This document shows positions 1-13,136 of a stretch of DNA of 25,706 nt, one piece after another. A model generated the notes under the pieces. That model was given only the letters and a program-made list of their open reading frames with translations. It did not search any database and had not been told where the DNA came from. The first letter of the stretch is position 1. Each line of letters opens with the position of its first letter. Both the position numbers and the translations under genes were made by a program. The stretch spans positions 62,001-87,706 of the forward strand of contig KE560428.1 of the NCBI GenBank assembly GCA_000442015.1, read 5' to 3'. This stretch comes from Rozella allomycis CSF55. Its lineage: Eukaryota.

Positions 1-181
1 TTTCAACTCCTAGAAGATCATAATGATCAATATTCGGATCATTAAAGTTTGGCTCCTGGTCACCATTTTCATCGTATCTATTATCTGTGCGTGACTGCGA
101 TTCATAATATCTCATAGAAGAGTATCCCCAATATCTTTTCATGATGGATGGTTTCACCATACGAGACAATTGTAATAGCAT
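1..181 (-). CDS. 5' end of a J-domain (DnaJ/Hsp40-type) protein with a probable mitochondrial presequence; runs off the left edge
   Basis: Not in the ORF track. Manual translation from the ATG at 181 gives MLLQLSRMVKPSIMKRYWGYSSMRYYESQSRTDNRYDENGDQEPNFNDPNIDHYDLLGVE, open to the window edge. DHYDLLGV matches the J-domain helix I pattern (DYYxxLGV). The first ~25 aa are Arg/Ser/Leu-rich and lack acidic residues. The HPD motif would lie outside the window. Confidence 0.65.
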   Translation of the reverse strand, partial: MLLQLSRMVKPSIMKRYWGYSSMRYYESQSRTDNRYDENGDQEPNFNDPNIDHYDLLGVE

Positions 182-297
182 GAATTAAGGATGATTTCGA
201 ATTTTTCGTTTATTGAAAAGGTAAGTGGGTTTTAATACGATTATTGAATTAATTATAATATTTAAGGAAAAAAAATTGTATAATGAAAAAAACTTAA

Positions 298-807
298 ATG
301 GTTTGTAAATATATATTTGATAGCTATCGGAAGTTAATGAACAACACCACCAATTCCAGAATCTTCGTCGGGGATGGTTATCGACCCACATTTTCCAAGT
401 ATGATAGAATAACTATGATGGAAGATCAATTAAACACAAGCCCTTTGAATAGAACGAAGAAAGTCTTTGCAACCGTGGACCTTGATTCCAATAAACACCT
501 TAATCGACGTCGATCTTCACGATCTGCCTCAAAAAATCTTGTGCCTGAAAGGATATTGATGAATTTGAAAGAAATGGCAAACATTCATAAAGAGGAAGAT
601 CTTTTAATTGATACTGTGAGAAACATTACAACCAGTATACGAGGTGTAAAGAATGGTTGGAAACAAATGGAAGAATCTACGAGGCAAGTTCTTGGGAAAG
701 AATTTGAAATACAATCTTTGCATAGCACCTTTAATGCCAGTAGTATGGGATTATACAAAACTTCTTCAATTACAGATTCGAAAATAATTTGGCAGCAAGA
801 CAATTAA
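298..807 (+). CDS. Hypothetical protein (up to 169 aa) with a basic Ser/Arg linker and a C-terminal coiled-coil-like half; start uncertain
   Basis: A 510-nt open frame fills the gap between the J-domain gene and NCKAP1. An alternative start at ATG 374 with a 26-nt GT-AG intron (399-424) also joins this frame. No family is recognised with certainty. Confidence 0.55.
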   Translation: MVCKYIFDSYRKLMNNTTNSRIFVGDGYRPTFSKYDRITMMEDQLNTSPLNRTKKVFATVDLDSNKHLNRRRSSRSASKNLVPERILMNLKEMANIHKEEDLLIDTVRNITTSIRGVKNGWKQMEESTRQVLGKEFEIQSLHSTFNASSMGLYKTSSITDSKIIWQQDN

Positions 808-875
808 ATTATTCATTTATTCGGTTCAAGAACTCTGTTTTGGAGTTTTTTTATTTATTGTTTATATTTTGAGAA

Positions 876-3800
876 ATGATCAACGAATCCGTTAGAACAC
901 TCCCAGAGAGACTTCCAGTGTTAGTGGATTATGGTGCAAAAATTTTAAAATCTCTTGAATATTTATATGATATTATGAAATCGACAGACGAACCGCCAGA
1001 TATTGAGCCAAATCCACTTTTTATATTGAAACCTTTGATTTTAACAGAAACCGCTTTCAGTTCCATAAATAAGCTTTTGAACAGAAAATTCCCTTTATTG
1101 CCAGATATCTCACATGTAAATGATAAATTTTGCCATTGAAGAGACTAAAGGGTTTCAGGAGTTTTGTCTAGCGCACAATGAGGTGATGCAAAGTTGTGAA
1201 ATCTTTTACAGCTGCATGCTTCGAATCACTCATTTGTATCAGGAATCTATTATTGCACTTAATGATGTATCTCAAATAGTGCCCAATAAAGTAAAGAACT
1301 ATTTTCCACCAATAAAAGATATGCTTTACAAGCAATATAGCAATATACTCATCTTTGATAATGTCTAACATCGTTAATATATTCATAATATTGGCACAAA
1401 TGCCAGAGCTTAAAGTCACAGTTGCTGCCTTCAAGGTAGCAAAAGATTTTATAAAAACATTCCAACAAGGAGATGATTATTATGATACTATCTCAAGTTT
1501 AATAATGGAATACGAAGAGAATGTTTTATCTACCCTTCAAGCAAACTTTTCATTTATAGGTCCATGGTTTGGAAACTTATTCGAGTCCCTGAAACCAGAT
1601 ATTCAAACAGCTACGCAATCTTGTGAGGCTTTAAGGAGAGACAACAATTTAAACATTTTGGTTCCGTTTAACATTGAAGGCTGGAATTTACAATCGGTAT
1701 ATCTACACTTCAGTTTTAAGATCAGTATTTAACAACTTTGACAAGAAACAACACATTCTTCAAATCCTTAAGTTTTAATGCCTTACTTTTTCCTGATGAA
1801 CTCAACAAACCAACTGTTATGGAGACTGTCAAATATCTATACCAATATCAACTCGCAGCACCTTTATTTGGTTCTGAGGTATTTTTCATATTAAATGAAA
1901 ATAAAGATGATTGACTACAAAAAAATATTTGAAGCAGCTACAAAGTCACATTTTAAAGTAGGGAAAAGTGTCTTGTCTGTTTTGTAAGTTTTTTGATGAC
2001 ACAAATAAAACAGGGAAATAAATCCAGAGAGGCTATCCAGAATAATTAATTTTCGTTTTGACCGGCGTGAATACTTGAGGAGACAACTTCGATATACGTA
2101 TTTGGGTTGCCTAGATTCGCCCCATATAGTAGAATCATCAATTCAAGTAAGGAAGTAGATGTGATGGGCTTATAGAAAATACTTTCTTTGCTGAAACTTA
2201 CACGAAATGAAATCGTCCTATATTTTTACCACTACAAAGCGCTTGTGAGTGACCTCGAAGTCGCTAAGGAAATTGAAAGCGAAGAGCAAAAGATTCCGCA
2301 TGAGCCATTTATTGCAGAACTTCTGTATTGGCTCGATGTTTTACGTCGATATATCAAACAAGAAGACGTAAAAGGATGTACCAAAATCAACGTTCGATAC
2401 CCTAGATGTTATATCTACTTGCTTTCAAAACATTAAAACCTGGTGTGATGAATTAAGTGCGTACTCTGATAAATTTGAGGAAAAGAAACGAGGGGATGAC
2501 TATGGCATGAAACTCTTTATTAATTTCAAGGAAAACGTCAAAGCATTTTCGGATGAACCCGATCGCTGTAAGGTATATTTCTTTTGAATTTCTATAAATA
2601 GGCGATATTAATGGATTGGGTTCGACTTCAGGTGTATCTTTGTACACCCGGAGCATCAGTATTCAACAATGACATTGATTTAACCAAACTATTTACATTA
2701 TGCGAAGCTATTTCGTTTTCAGTCAAGTAAATATAAATCGACACTTTAGTCTCGTAGACTTTCTTCAGATTACGATGGAACCATTTTTGAATATACTGAT
2801 ATATCTGAGATTGTTTGTTTTTCAGAACTACTCTTCGATTGCTTTGAATTTAATTTAAATGATCCCAACGATCCTCTATTTGACTCTGGATTCCCTCGGC
2901 TAATAGCGATGTCTTTTGAAAAGGTTAATCATATTTTACCATCAGTTGTAAATTGTTATTGAGTCTACTAATATCAGATATCTTTTGAAACCATAAAGAC
3001 GGCGAATATGATTGACAGAATGTTCAATCTAATTGCTCAAAAATGGGAGGATTCCTTTTACAAATGCATCACAGTTATTCTGGAGATTGAAGCAAAAGTA
3101 ACTTTATAAGAAAAAATATTAATAGAATGTTGACCAAATAAGGCTATCACGTATAATTCAAAATGAAAGGGTCGGAAATCAATTAGTTTCAGAAGACAGC
3201 CAAAAGTACAGTTTGTAAAGATTTACATAATTAAAGACTTAACTTTCTTTCTGAAGGATTGAGATATTTAAAATCAGTCTCAAAATCGTTCTCAGATTTC
3301 CAAAAGTTTACAATATACGACTTGGAATTTTATCCGAAGCAATATTTCGTTGATAAGATTGTGCTTATAATTAAACAGTATTTAAAATTTGTTTAATGAA
3401 GATAGGTGCTTGGCGCAAATGATCTTAGATAAGCCTGTTATTGAATCTAGTAAAAGTGCTGCAAAAGAAGTGCCTGTTAGACCCACCGTCGCTTTACAAA
3501 GGATTGAATCCTTTTTATACTTTTTGATAGATGCCACGAAAGATTTAAATATCGATATTCTGGATTTGTATAAGTTAATATTGCAAGAAGAACGTTGTAA
3601 GACATTTGGCACAGACGGTGTTCAACAAATATACTATAGAAAGTCTTCCAAACGAGACAAAACTATGCTTCCAATTTTACCCGAAAGCGATTGTAATATC
3701 CCGATTTCTTACTATTATTCATTTTGGTATATGTAGGATTCTTGGTGATATAGGTACATCCACTTCATTCACGGCAACATTTGTTGTAATTCCATAACAT

Positions 3801-4953
3801 ATTCAAATCGTCTTAAATGTTTTGTTAATTGTTTCGAGTCACCTTGCAACATTGAAAATCTAACTAGTGCCATGGATCTTGTAGCCCTTTGCAAAATCTT
3901 GGGGAACCAAGGTTTGGAAGTTTTTGACAATATACTTATATCCTCCATAGTTGATAACCTATCAAAACTAGTTGTAAATATCATTTAGAATCAGCATAGG
4001 AAAGCATGTCAGAATCAATTGAATATCTACTTAAATTTGATCTAAACGGTCTTAAAGACATTAGGACGGATTTGAAAGGATTCAAAAGNAGAATTAGCAT
4101 AGGAAAACATGTCAGAATCAATTGAATATCTACTCAAATTAGATCTAAACGGTCTTAAAGACATTAGGACGGATTTGAAAGGATTCAAAAGTACAGAATT
4201 TCGGTTTTTATAATTAGATATTAGTGTTTTTAATGATTTGTTGATTGGATTAGGAGCCTTGCTTAAGTTGAAAGAAGATATTGATAATGCAAAGAATTCA
4301 GTATGTAATCTAGTAAAATTTTCAAAGGTAATTAATGTCAACGATACCTACGCGCCTACATTATTATCTGAGCCGTCTAATCAAAGAGTAATGCATTTAT
4401 CGTGACGAACAAAGAATCCTAGTTTAATCTCTATGATCAGCGAAAATAATGATAAAATAAGAAACCTATTCGATGGTTCTCAAGCGATTTGGGCAACATT
4501 CCCAGTCACATCTTCGCTTGCCCTTATCGCATTGTTCTTTCAAGATGGAACAAAATATAACATGTCAATAGATGGTAAAATTATTTTAGATCTAATACAA
4601 GGCTTCGAAAATAATGCTCACTTGATGATTTACGCTGTTAAAATCTTGTTCAACTTGGTGTCTGTTGTCATATTTAGTGACCGATTGGAAAATCTTAAAG
4701 AGATGGAAATTAATTTTTTCATTGTAAACCAGCCCGTGGGATTAAAATAGCCATGTGTTAATCTACTTCAGAGGAACGACAAACTGAGTCAAGGACGAAT
4801 AAAAGAATGCTATAAGTTACTACATCAAGTAACTAACAGATTGGGGTTTATATTTAGTATTATCAAGATTCACCAACTCAATTAGTTGACTTTGTCAACC
4901 ACAATTTTGTTTTCGATCACATAGTGTCGATTCACACCGATGCTTCCAAATAG
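876..4953 (+). CDS. NCKAP1: Nck-associated protein 1 (Nap1/Hem family), WAVE/SCAR regulatory complex subunit; about 20 introns of 22-31 nt
   Basis: Manual splicing at GT-AG sites gives one continuous frame once the N-flanked duplicate at 3987-4191 is collapsed. Colinear matches to NCKAP1 as I recall it: LPERLPVLVDYG..NRKFP (LAEKLTILNDRG..VRKFP), RREYLRRQL, LTRNEIVLYFYH (FARDEIIWLLRH), IAELLYWLDVLR (IAELIFYMEELR), MDWVRLQVY (LDWFRLQAY), FYPKQYF, LVALCKILGNQGL (MRSLSELLGPYGM). Stop TAG at 4951-4953. Confidence 0.88.
3987..4191. repeat. 102-bp direct duplication around a single N (4089), 4 mismatches; probable uncollapsed alleles
   Basis: 3987-4088 versus 4090-4191. The differences include AGC/AAC (S/N), CTT/CTC and TTT/TTA (F/L) in an NCKAP1 exon. 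Confidence 0.85.
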
Positions 4954-5003
4954 AAAACAAAATGATGATTTAATAAAATTTCAAATTCAAGTTTATTAAC
5001 CAA

Positions 5004-5991
<988 letters not shown>

Positions 5992-6078
5992 CTACGTGGC
6001 GTAAACAAATTAACCAGGGTCGTCCAATTTAAAGTAGATGGGCCCCTGAACCTGAAATTTCATAGTGAAAGACGGAAT

Positions 6079-8363
<2,285 letters not shown>

Positions 8364-8426
8364 AAAAAATTGAGGCTTGGTCGGCGAGCCGCGAGATAAG
8401 CTACAATAAGAAAAGAAATTGACGAT

Positions 8427-9821
8427 TTATTCTTGTTTAATATCCACTGACGTAATGGCTTCTATTCTTTCAAAAAGAGTAGGATGGCAATAATGATAAG
8501 TTACGTACCTAGATCAACGAAGATTGACTAAATTACCATCTGTCTGGATTCAAATTTGAAAGATTTTCTGAATGAATTTTAATCAACGCATTAACTAATT
8601 CAAGAGAGTATCCATGTTTAACAGCAAATGCGTCCGCTTCGTATTCATGTTTTCTTGACACAATGTTCATGGCGAAGTTTAGCATGTGATCTACCGGGGA
8701 GCTTACGTATTGAAAGAAAATAAAACCAAGAACAACAGGATATGTTTTTCCATAGAATCCAAACAAGTTGAATATGTATTCGTTAAGTATAAACTGAGAT
8801 AAGACGTAGAGATTTAAAAAGAATATTCCCTGTGAAATTACGATGCGTCTCATGGTATGACTTAATTTCCAATGTCCTAATTCATGTGCAACAACAGCAA
8901 CAACTTCATTAGTCTTCACTTGCTTTAGCAATGTGTCAAAGATGACAATTCGATAATTTTTGAATAGCCCAAAGAAGAAAGCATTGGAATGAGCAGATCT
9001 CTTACTCCCTAGGTTTTTTAATTTTGATTCAAATTACCATCCATTACAAATAAATTCGTTAAAGGAAACTCGACCTTCTTTGCCAAGGCAAAAATTTTTG
9101 ACCTTAATTCACCTTCTTCAATCGGAGTAAATTGATTGAATAATGGCATAATGAATGAAGGATAAACAAGAATCATGAAAAATTGAAAAACTACTAGAAA
9201 TATGAACAAATACCAGTAAAAGGAAGATCCGAAATAACGAACAATAGCGATTACGCATCCCAAAATTGGAACGCCAAATAAAGATACGAGCACGATCGTC
9301 TTAAATTGATCCATGAAATAAATCTTTAAAGTTTGCTTATTAAAGCCATGTTTTTCTTCCAAGTNTTTGCTTATTAAAGCCATGCTTTTCTTCCAAGTAA
9401 AATGTTTGTATCAAATTCCATGGCAGATCAATTGCCCAGTTAATGGCATAGAAAATTCCTATAAATACACAAGATACATAAATCTTTAATAACGAAAGTT
9501 AAAAAATACCTCATTGTATAGTAAGCTAAAATCATGGACTTTAGCTAAATTTTCTGAGACTTCCCACATCTTGACCAAACCATTACTTAAAAGCAATCCC
9601 AAAACAACTACAAATGAAAATAATCTGTACAACAACGAAAACTTGAGTTTGTCCGCATTGTATGCTCTAGACTTATCATAGTCGACCTGTGAGACCACGG
9701 ACTGAACTTTTGGAGGCATCACAGAACTCCTCAATCTTGAAAACTGCCTGATATCCAAATACGTTTCAAACGTGAATACCAATCCAATAAACGCTAAAAC
9801 TGTTGCGAACAGGCAGACCAT
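8427..9821 (-). CDS. STE24: CAAX prenyl protease 1 (Ste24/ZMPSTE24, peptidase M48); 3 short introns
   Basis: Motifs FETYLDIRQ, LEEKHGFNKQT, DGSKRSAHSNAFFFG, RIVIFDTL, zinc motif HELGHW, SRKHEYEADAFA and HYCHPTLFERI, plus multiple hydrophobic TM segments. A 33-bp N-flanked duplication at 9332-9398 interrupts the assembly. Confidence 0.96.
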
Positions 9822-9902
9822 TGCGTTATAAATTCCCGAATTTCGGTTTACCTTGAAATATAGAAATATGAAATAAATGGAAGAAAATCTTAAATATGTT
9901 TA

Positions 9903-11252
9903 TTAAATCGAATGTATTTTAAAATAACGAGGTAATTCCTCTGATTTCTCCCTACATTTCCTTTCTTTTACCTTTTGCATAAATTCTTTGAATATGCATT
10001 CAAATACTACTAAATAATTTAAATATTCATAGTTTTCATAGAAATGATCGCGTTTTTCAATGCTAAGTTGTGGACAGTAATGGAAGTAATCACGCACTGG
10101 AACAACACTTTCCATAAAGTCAGGTACATCATCCAAGTATTTAGTATAGTCGACGAAAATCTCTTTTTTGACCATGCTATTAAGATTTTTAACCACGAAT
10201 CTTTCAATTGAATTAATATCCAAATCGTATTCCCTGTAAAATTTTAACATGGCGCGGTAGCAATCCACTCTGTAGAAACAATATTCAAGTGTATACTGAA
10301 TTTCCCTTGTTGTCAATATTCCATCGCCCGTACTTTGTGTATCAGTATAAAAGGGCCATTTGTCTTCTTCAAATCCGTCAGCTTTTGGGGCGAGCTTGTA
10401 GATGTATTTGAAAAAATCTTTGATAATTTGATGTTGAAATTGTCTCAAATTTCTTATTTTGCCATTGTCAAAAATTTGATCAATCTTCTTGTGCCATACA
10501 ATAGGATAAATAACTTTAGATCTTGGCGAAACATGTTTTTCGTTATCTTTTGGATATATTATATGATTAGCTTTTACATCCATTGCCATTTTATGACATT
10601 GAGACCTAACTTTCAGGATCATCTCTTCTGAAATACCAATATCCAAAGAGTCTTTGTGGAAGTGGTTACAAATAGAAGATAAGTCCGACGAAGGGTTGTA
10701 TGGAAAACTCTTCAAATAGCTCTTTACTTCGTCAAGAGAATATGAATGAATAACAGAATCAGGTTTTAGATACTTTTCAGAGTAAAATTTTAAAGCAATG
10801 AAAGCTATTAGCATATTTTCAGTTAAGCTTGCTGGCGGCTTTAATAAAAAGTTACCGGTAACGTCTTTTCGCTCTAAAAAACGTGACACGGTAATCACAA
10901 CATTGTATTCTAGCGTTGTTTTAATCAATCTCTTATCGGTGCCCTCATCTGCTATTCTGCTTACATGATCAACAAAGTCTACTGCAAGATTTTGAACAAT
11001 TTCGACTGCATGCTCCCTTTCAGATGATGTAATTTCGTAATTTTCAATACGCTTTTTGACCAAGAAGCTTTTTAGGTTTTCAATAACGCTTTTATAGATA
11101 CCAAAAAGTTCAGTTAATCTAGTGGCGTTTGACGCCTGCCTCGATACATCAGATCTATAGGCCCTTAAAAACTCGTCTAGATTCGAATATTGATTTGCAG
11201 CGATAAATGGAGTCAATATCAGCAAGCACTGGAAGAAAAATACCAAGCGCAT
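9903..11252 (-). CDS. Orphan predicted secreted protein, paralog A (449 aa), intronless
   Basis: The ATG at 11252 starts MRLVFFFQCLLILTPFIAA, a signal-peptide-like sequence that aligns with the start of paralog B. The ORF track's upstream TTG extension is not shared. Full-length similarity to 11511-12878. Confidence 0.85.
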   Translation of the reverse strand: MRLVFFFQCLLILTPFIAANQYSNLDEFLRAYRSDVSRQASNATRLTELFGIYKSVIENLKSFLVKKRIENYEITSSEREHAVEIVQNLAVDFVDHVSRIADEGTDKRLIKTTLEYNVVITVSRFLERKDVTGNFLLKPPASLTENMLIAFIALKFYSEKYLKPDSVIHSYSLDEVKSYLKSFPYNPSSDLSSICNHFHKDSLDIGISEEMILKVRSQCHKMAMDVKANHIIYPKDNEKHVSPRSKVIYPIVWHKKIDQIFDNGKIRNLRQFQHQIIKDFFKYIYKLAPKADGFEEDKWPFYTDTQSTGDGILTTREIQYTLEYCFYRVDCYRAMLKFYREYDLDINSIERFVVKNLNSMVKKEIFVDYTKYLDDVPDFMESVVPVRDYFHYCPQLSIEKRDHFYENYEYLNYLVVFECIFKEFMQKVKERKCREKSEELPRYFKIHSI

Positions 11253-11510
11253 AGTAAATTTAGTAATCAGTGGCTGTTTTCGAAATCTGGTAAAAGAACC
11301 GTAGATCAGAGAGCCAAGTAACTGATGCAATGCTCTTTTCAAGAAGCATTATGTAAATTTTTAAATAAATTATTCTAAATATAACAAAAATTCTGACACG
11401 GGCGGGGGAATAATGGCATAAGGAACCACAGTTTAGGGTGAAGAAATCCCCTTTTTATCCCCCATTTCCAGATTTGTAAAATGTAGAGAGAAAATGAAAT
11501 GCTTTGTTTA

Positions 11511-12878
11511 TTAAGATGAAATTCCTGCAAGATAACGAGCAAAGTAGTCTGATTTTATTCTCTTCTCCTTCGCCTTTCTTTCTTTCACCTTTCGCATAAA
11601 TTTCTTAAATATGCATTCGAATACTGTTAAATAGTTTAAATATTCATATTTTTCATAACGGACATCGCGTTTCACTTCGATACTAAGTCGTGGACAGTAA
11701 CGGTAGTAGTCGCGCACAGGTTCAACATGAGACATAAACTGAGGCACATCCTCCAAGTATTTAAATCTGGCTCCCATAGAATAATCAATGAACATTTCCT
11801 TGTCAATTTTCTCCACTTTGTTAACCACGAATCTTTCAAGTGAATTAATATCCAAGTCGTATTCCTTATAAAATTCCAACATGGCGCGATAACAATCTAC
11901 TCTGTAGAAACAATATTCAAGAGTGTGTTGGATTTCCCTTGTTGTCAATATTCCATCTCCTCTACTATGTATGTCAGTATAAAAGGCCCATTTGTCTTCT
12001 TCAAATCCGTCGGCCTTTGGGGCAAGCTTATAGATGTATTTGAAAAAATCTTTGATGATTTGATGTTGAACTTTTCTCACAATTCTTGTTTTTCCATTGT
12101 CAAAAATTTGATCAATCTTTTTGCGCCATACAACAGGATAAATGACTTTAGATCCTTCCGGTAAGTTTTTATCATTATCATTTGGAAATATTACTGGATT
12201 CTCTTCTAGATCTTTTGCCAAGTCACGACATTGTGATCTTACCCTTCGTAATTGCTCATCTGGAATATCAATATCCAAAAACTCTTTGTGAAAGTGATTA
12301 CAAACAGTAGACAAGCTAGATGAAGGGTTGAATGGAATACTCTTCAAATAATTCTTCACATTATCAACATAATTTGAATACAACCCAGTTTCTCCCGCAT
12401 ACCTTTCAAGGTAAAATTTTAAAGACATGAAAGCTATTAGCATGTTGTCAATCAAGTTTGCTGGCGGTTTCAATAGAAAGTTATCGGTAACGTCTTGTCG
12501 ATTTACATAGCGGACCACAGCCGAGACAGCATTCGCTTCTAAAGTCGTTTTAACCAATACCTTATCGGTACCCTGATCTGCTATTCTGCTTACATGTTCA
12601 ACAAAATCTATAGCAAGATTTTGAACAACTTCGACTGCATGCTCCTTATGAAACGACAAAATTTCGTATCTTTCAATATGTTCTTTCACCATAAAGCGTT
12701 TTAGATTTTCAACAAGGCTTTGATAGATAGTGAACAGTTCCGATAATGTCGTAGCATTTGATGCCTCATTTGATACATCAGATCTATAAAACTTTAAAAG
12801 ATCTTGTAGATTCAAATATTGTGTTGCGGCAATAAATGAAGTGAAGATTAACAAAGATTGGAAAAATACCAGACGCAT
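11511..12878 (-). CDS. Orphan predicted secreted protein, paralog B (455 aa), intronless
   Basis: Starts with signal-peptide-like MRLVFFQSLLIFTSFIAA, has no later TM segment and is colinear with paralog A. Confidence 0.85.
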   Translation of the reverse strand: MRLVFFQSLLIFTSFIAATQYLNLQDLLKFYRSDVSNEASNATTLSELFTIYQSLVENLKRFMVKEHIERYEILSFHKEHAVEVVQNLAIDFVEHVSRIADQGTDKVLVKTTLEANAVSAVVRYVNRQDVTDNFLLKPPANLIDNMLIAFMSLKFYLERYAGETGLYSNYVDNVKNYLKSIPFNPSSSLSTVCNHFHKEFLDIDIPDEQLRRVRSQCRDLAKDLEENPVIFPNDNDKNLPEGSKVIYPVVWRKKIDQIFDNGKTRIVRKVQHQIIKDFFKYIYKLAPKADGFEEDKWAFYTDIHSRGDGILTTREIQHTLEYCFYRVDCYRAMLEFYKEYDLDINSLERFVVNKVEKIDKEMFIDYSMGARFKYLEDVPQFMSHVEPVRDYYRYCPRLSIEVKRDVRYEKYEYLNYLTVFECIFKKFMRKVKERKAKEKRIKSDYFARYLAGISS

Positions 12879-13136
12879 AGTTAATTTAGTAATCAGTGGC
12901 TGGGTCGAGCATGCTCATTGGCCAAGCCGATCTACAATTACCAAATAGAGAAAATGTCAGAAACATAAATTTAAGGCTAAAATGGGTCCCAATAATTGTC
13001 GGAGAAGCCAGAATGTTTGTCTAAATTCTAAAAATAACTACTGATCTATTTTTATAACGCTGGGAAAAACTTTGAAGGTCCATAAAAATTGTAAATTGAT
13101 TAAATAATGTACAATTTTCACACTGAGAACCATAAA

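Noticed and set aside
3987-4191. Possible mutually exclusive duplicated exon in NCKAP1
   Set aside because: The copies abut a single N, the first lacks a complete donor site, and the same pattern recurs at four other Ns. An assembly artefact is more parsimonious.
8480-8500. STE24 HYCHP instead of the usual HYSHP
   Set aside because: It is a single conservative change. The His, Pro and downstream Arg, the HELGH motif and the Glu ligand are all intact.
11253-11342. 30-aa N-terminal extension of paralog A from a TTG start in the ORF track
   Set aside because: It is a non-ATG start, is not shared with paralog B and would bury the signal peptide. The ATG at 11252 aligns with paralog B.
11399-11470. 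GC-rich patch with an imperfect inverted repeat (gggggaataa...ttatccccc) and one TTAGGG between the secreted paralogs
   Set aside because: The stem is short and imperfect, with no target-site duplication, no snoRNA boxes or tRNA fold, and only one telomere-like unit. It is not supportable as a MITE or ncRNA.
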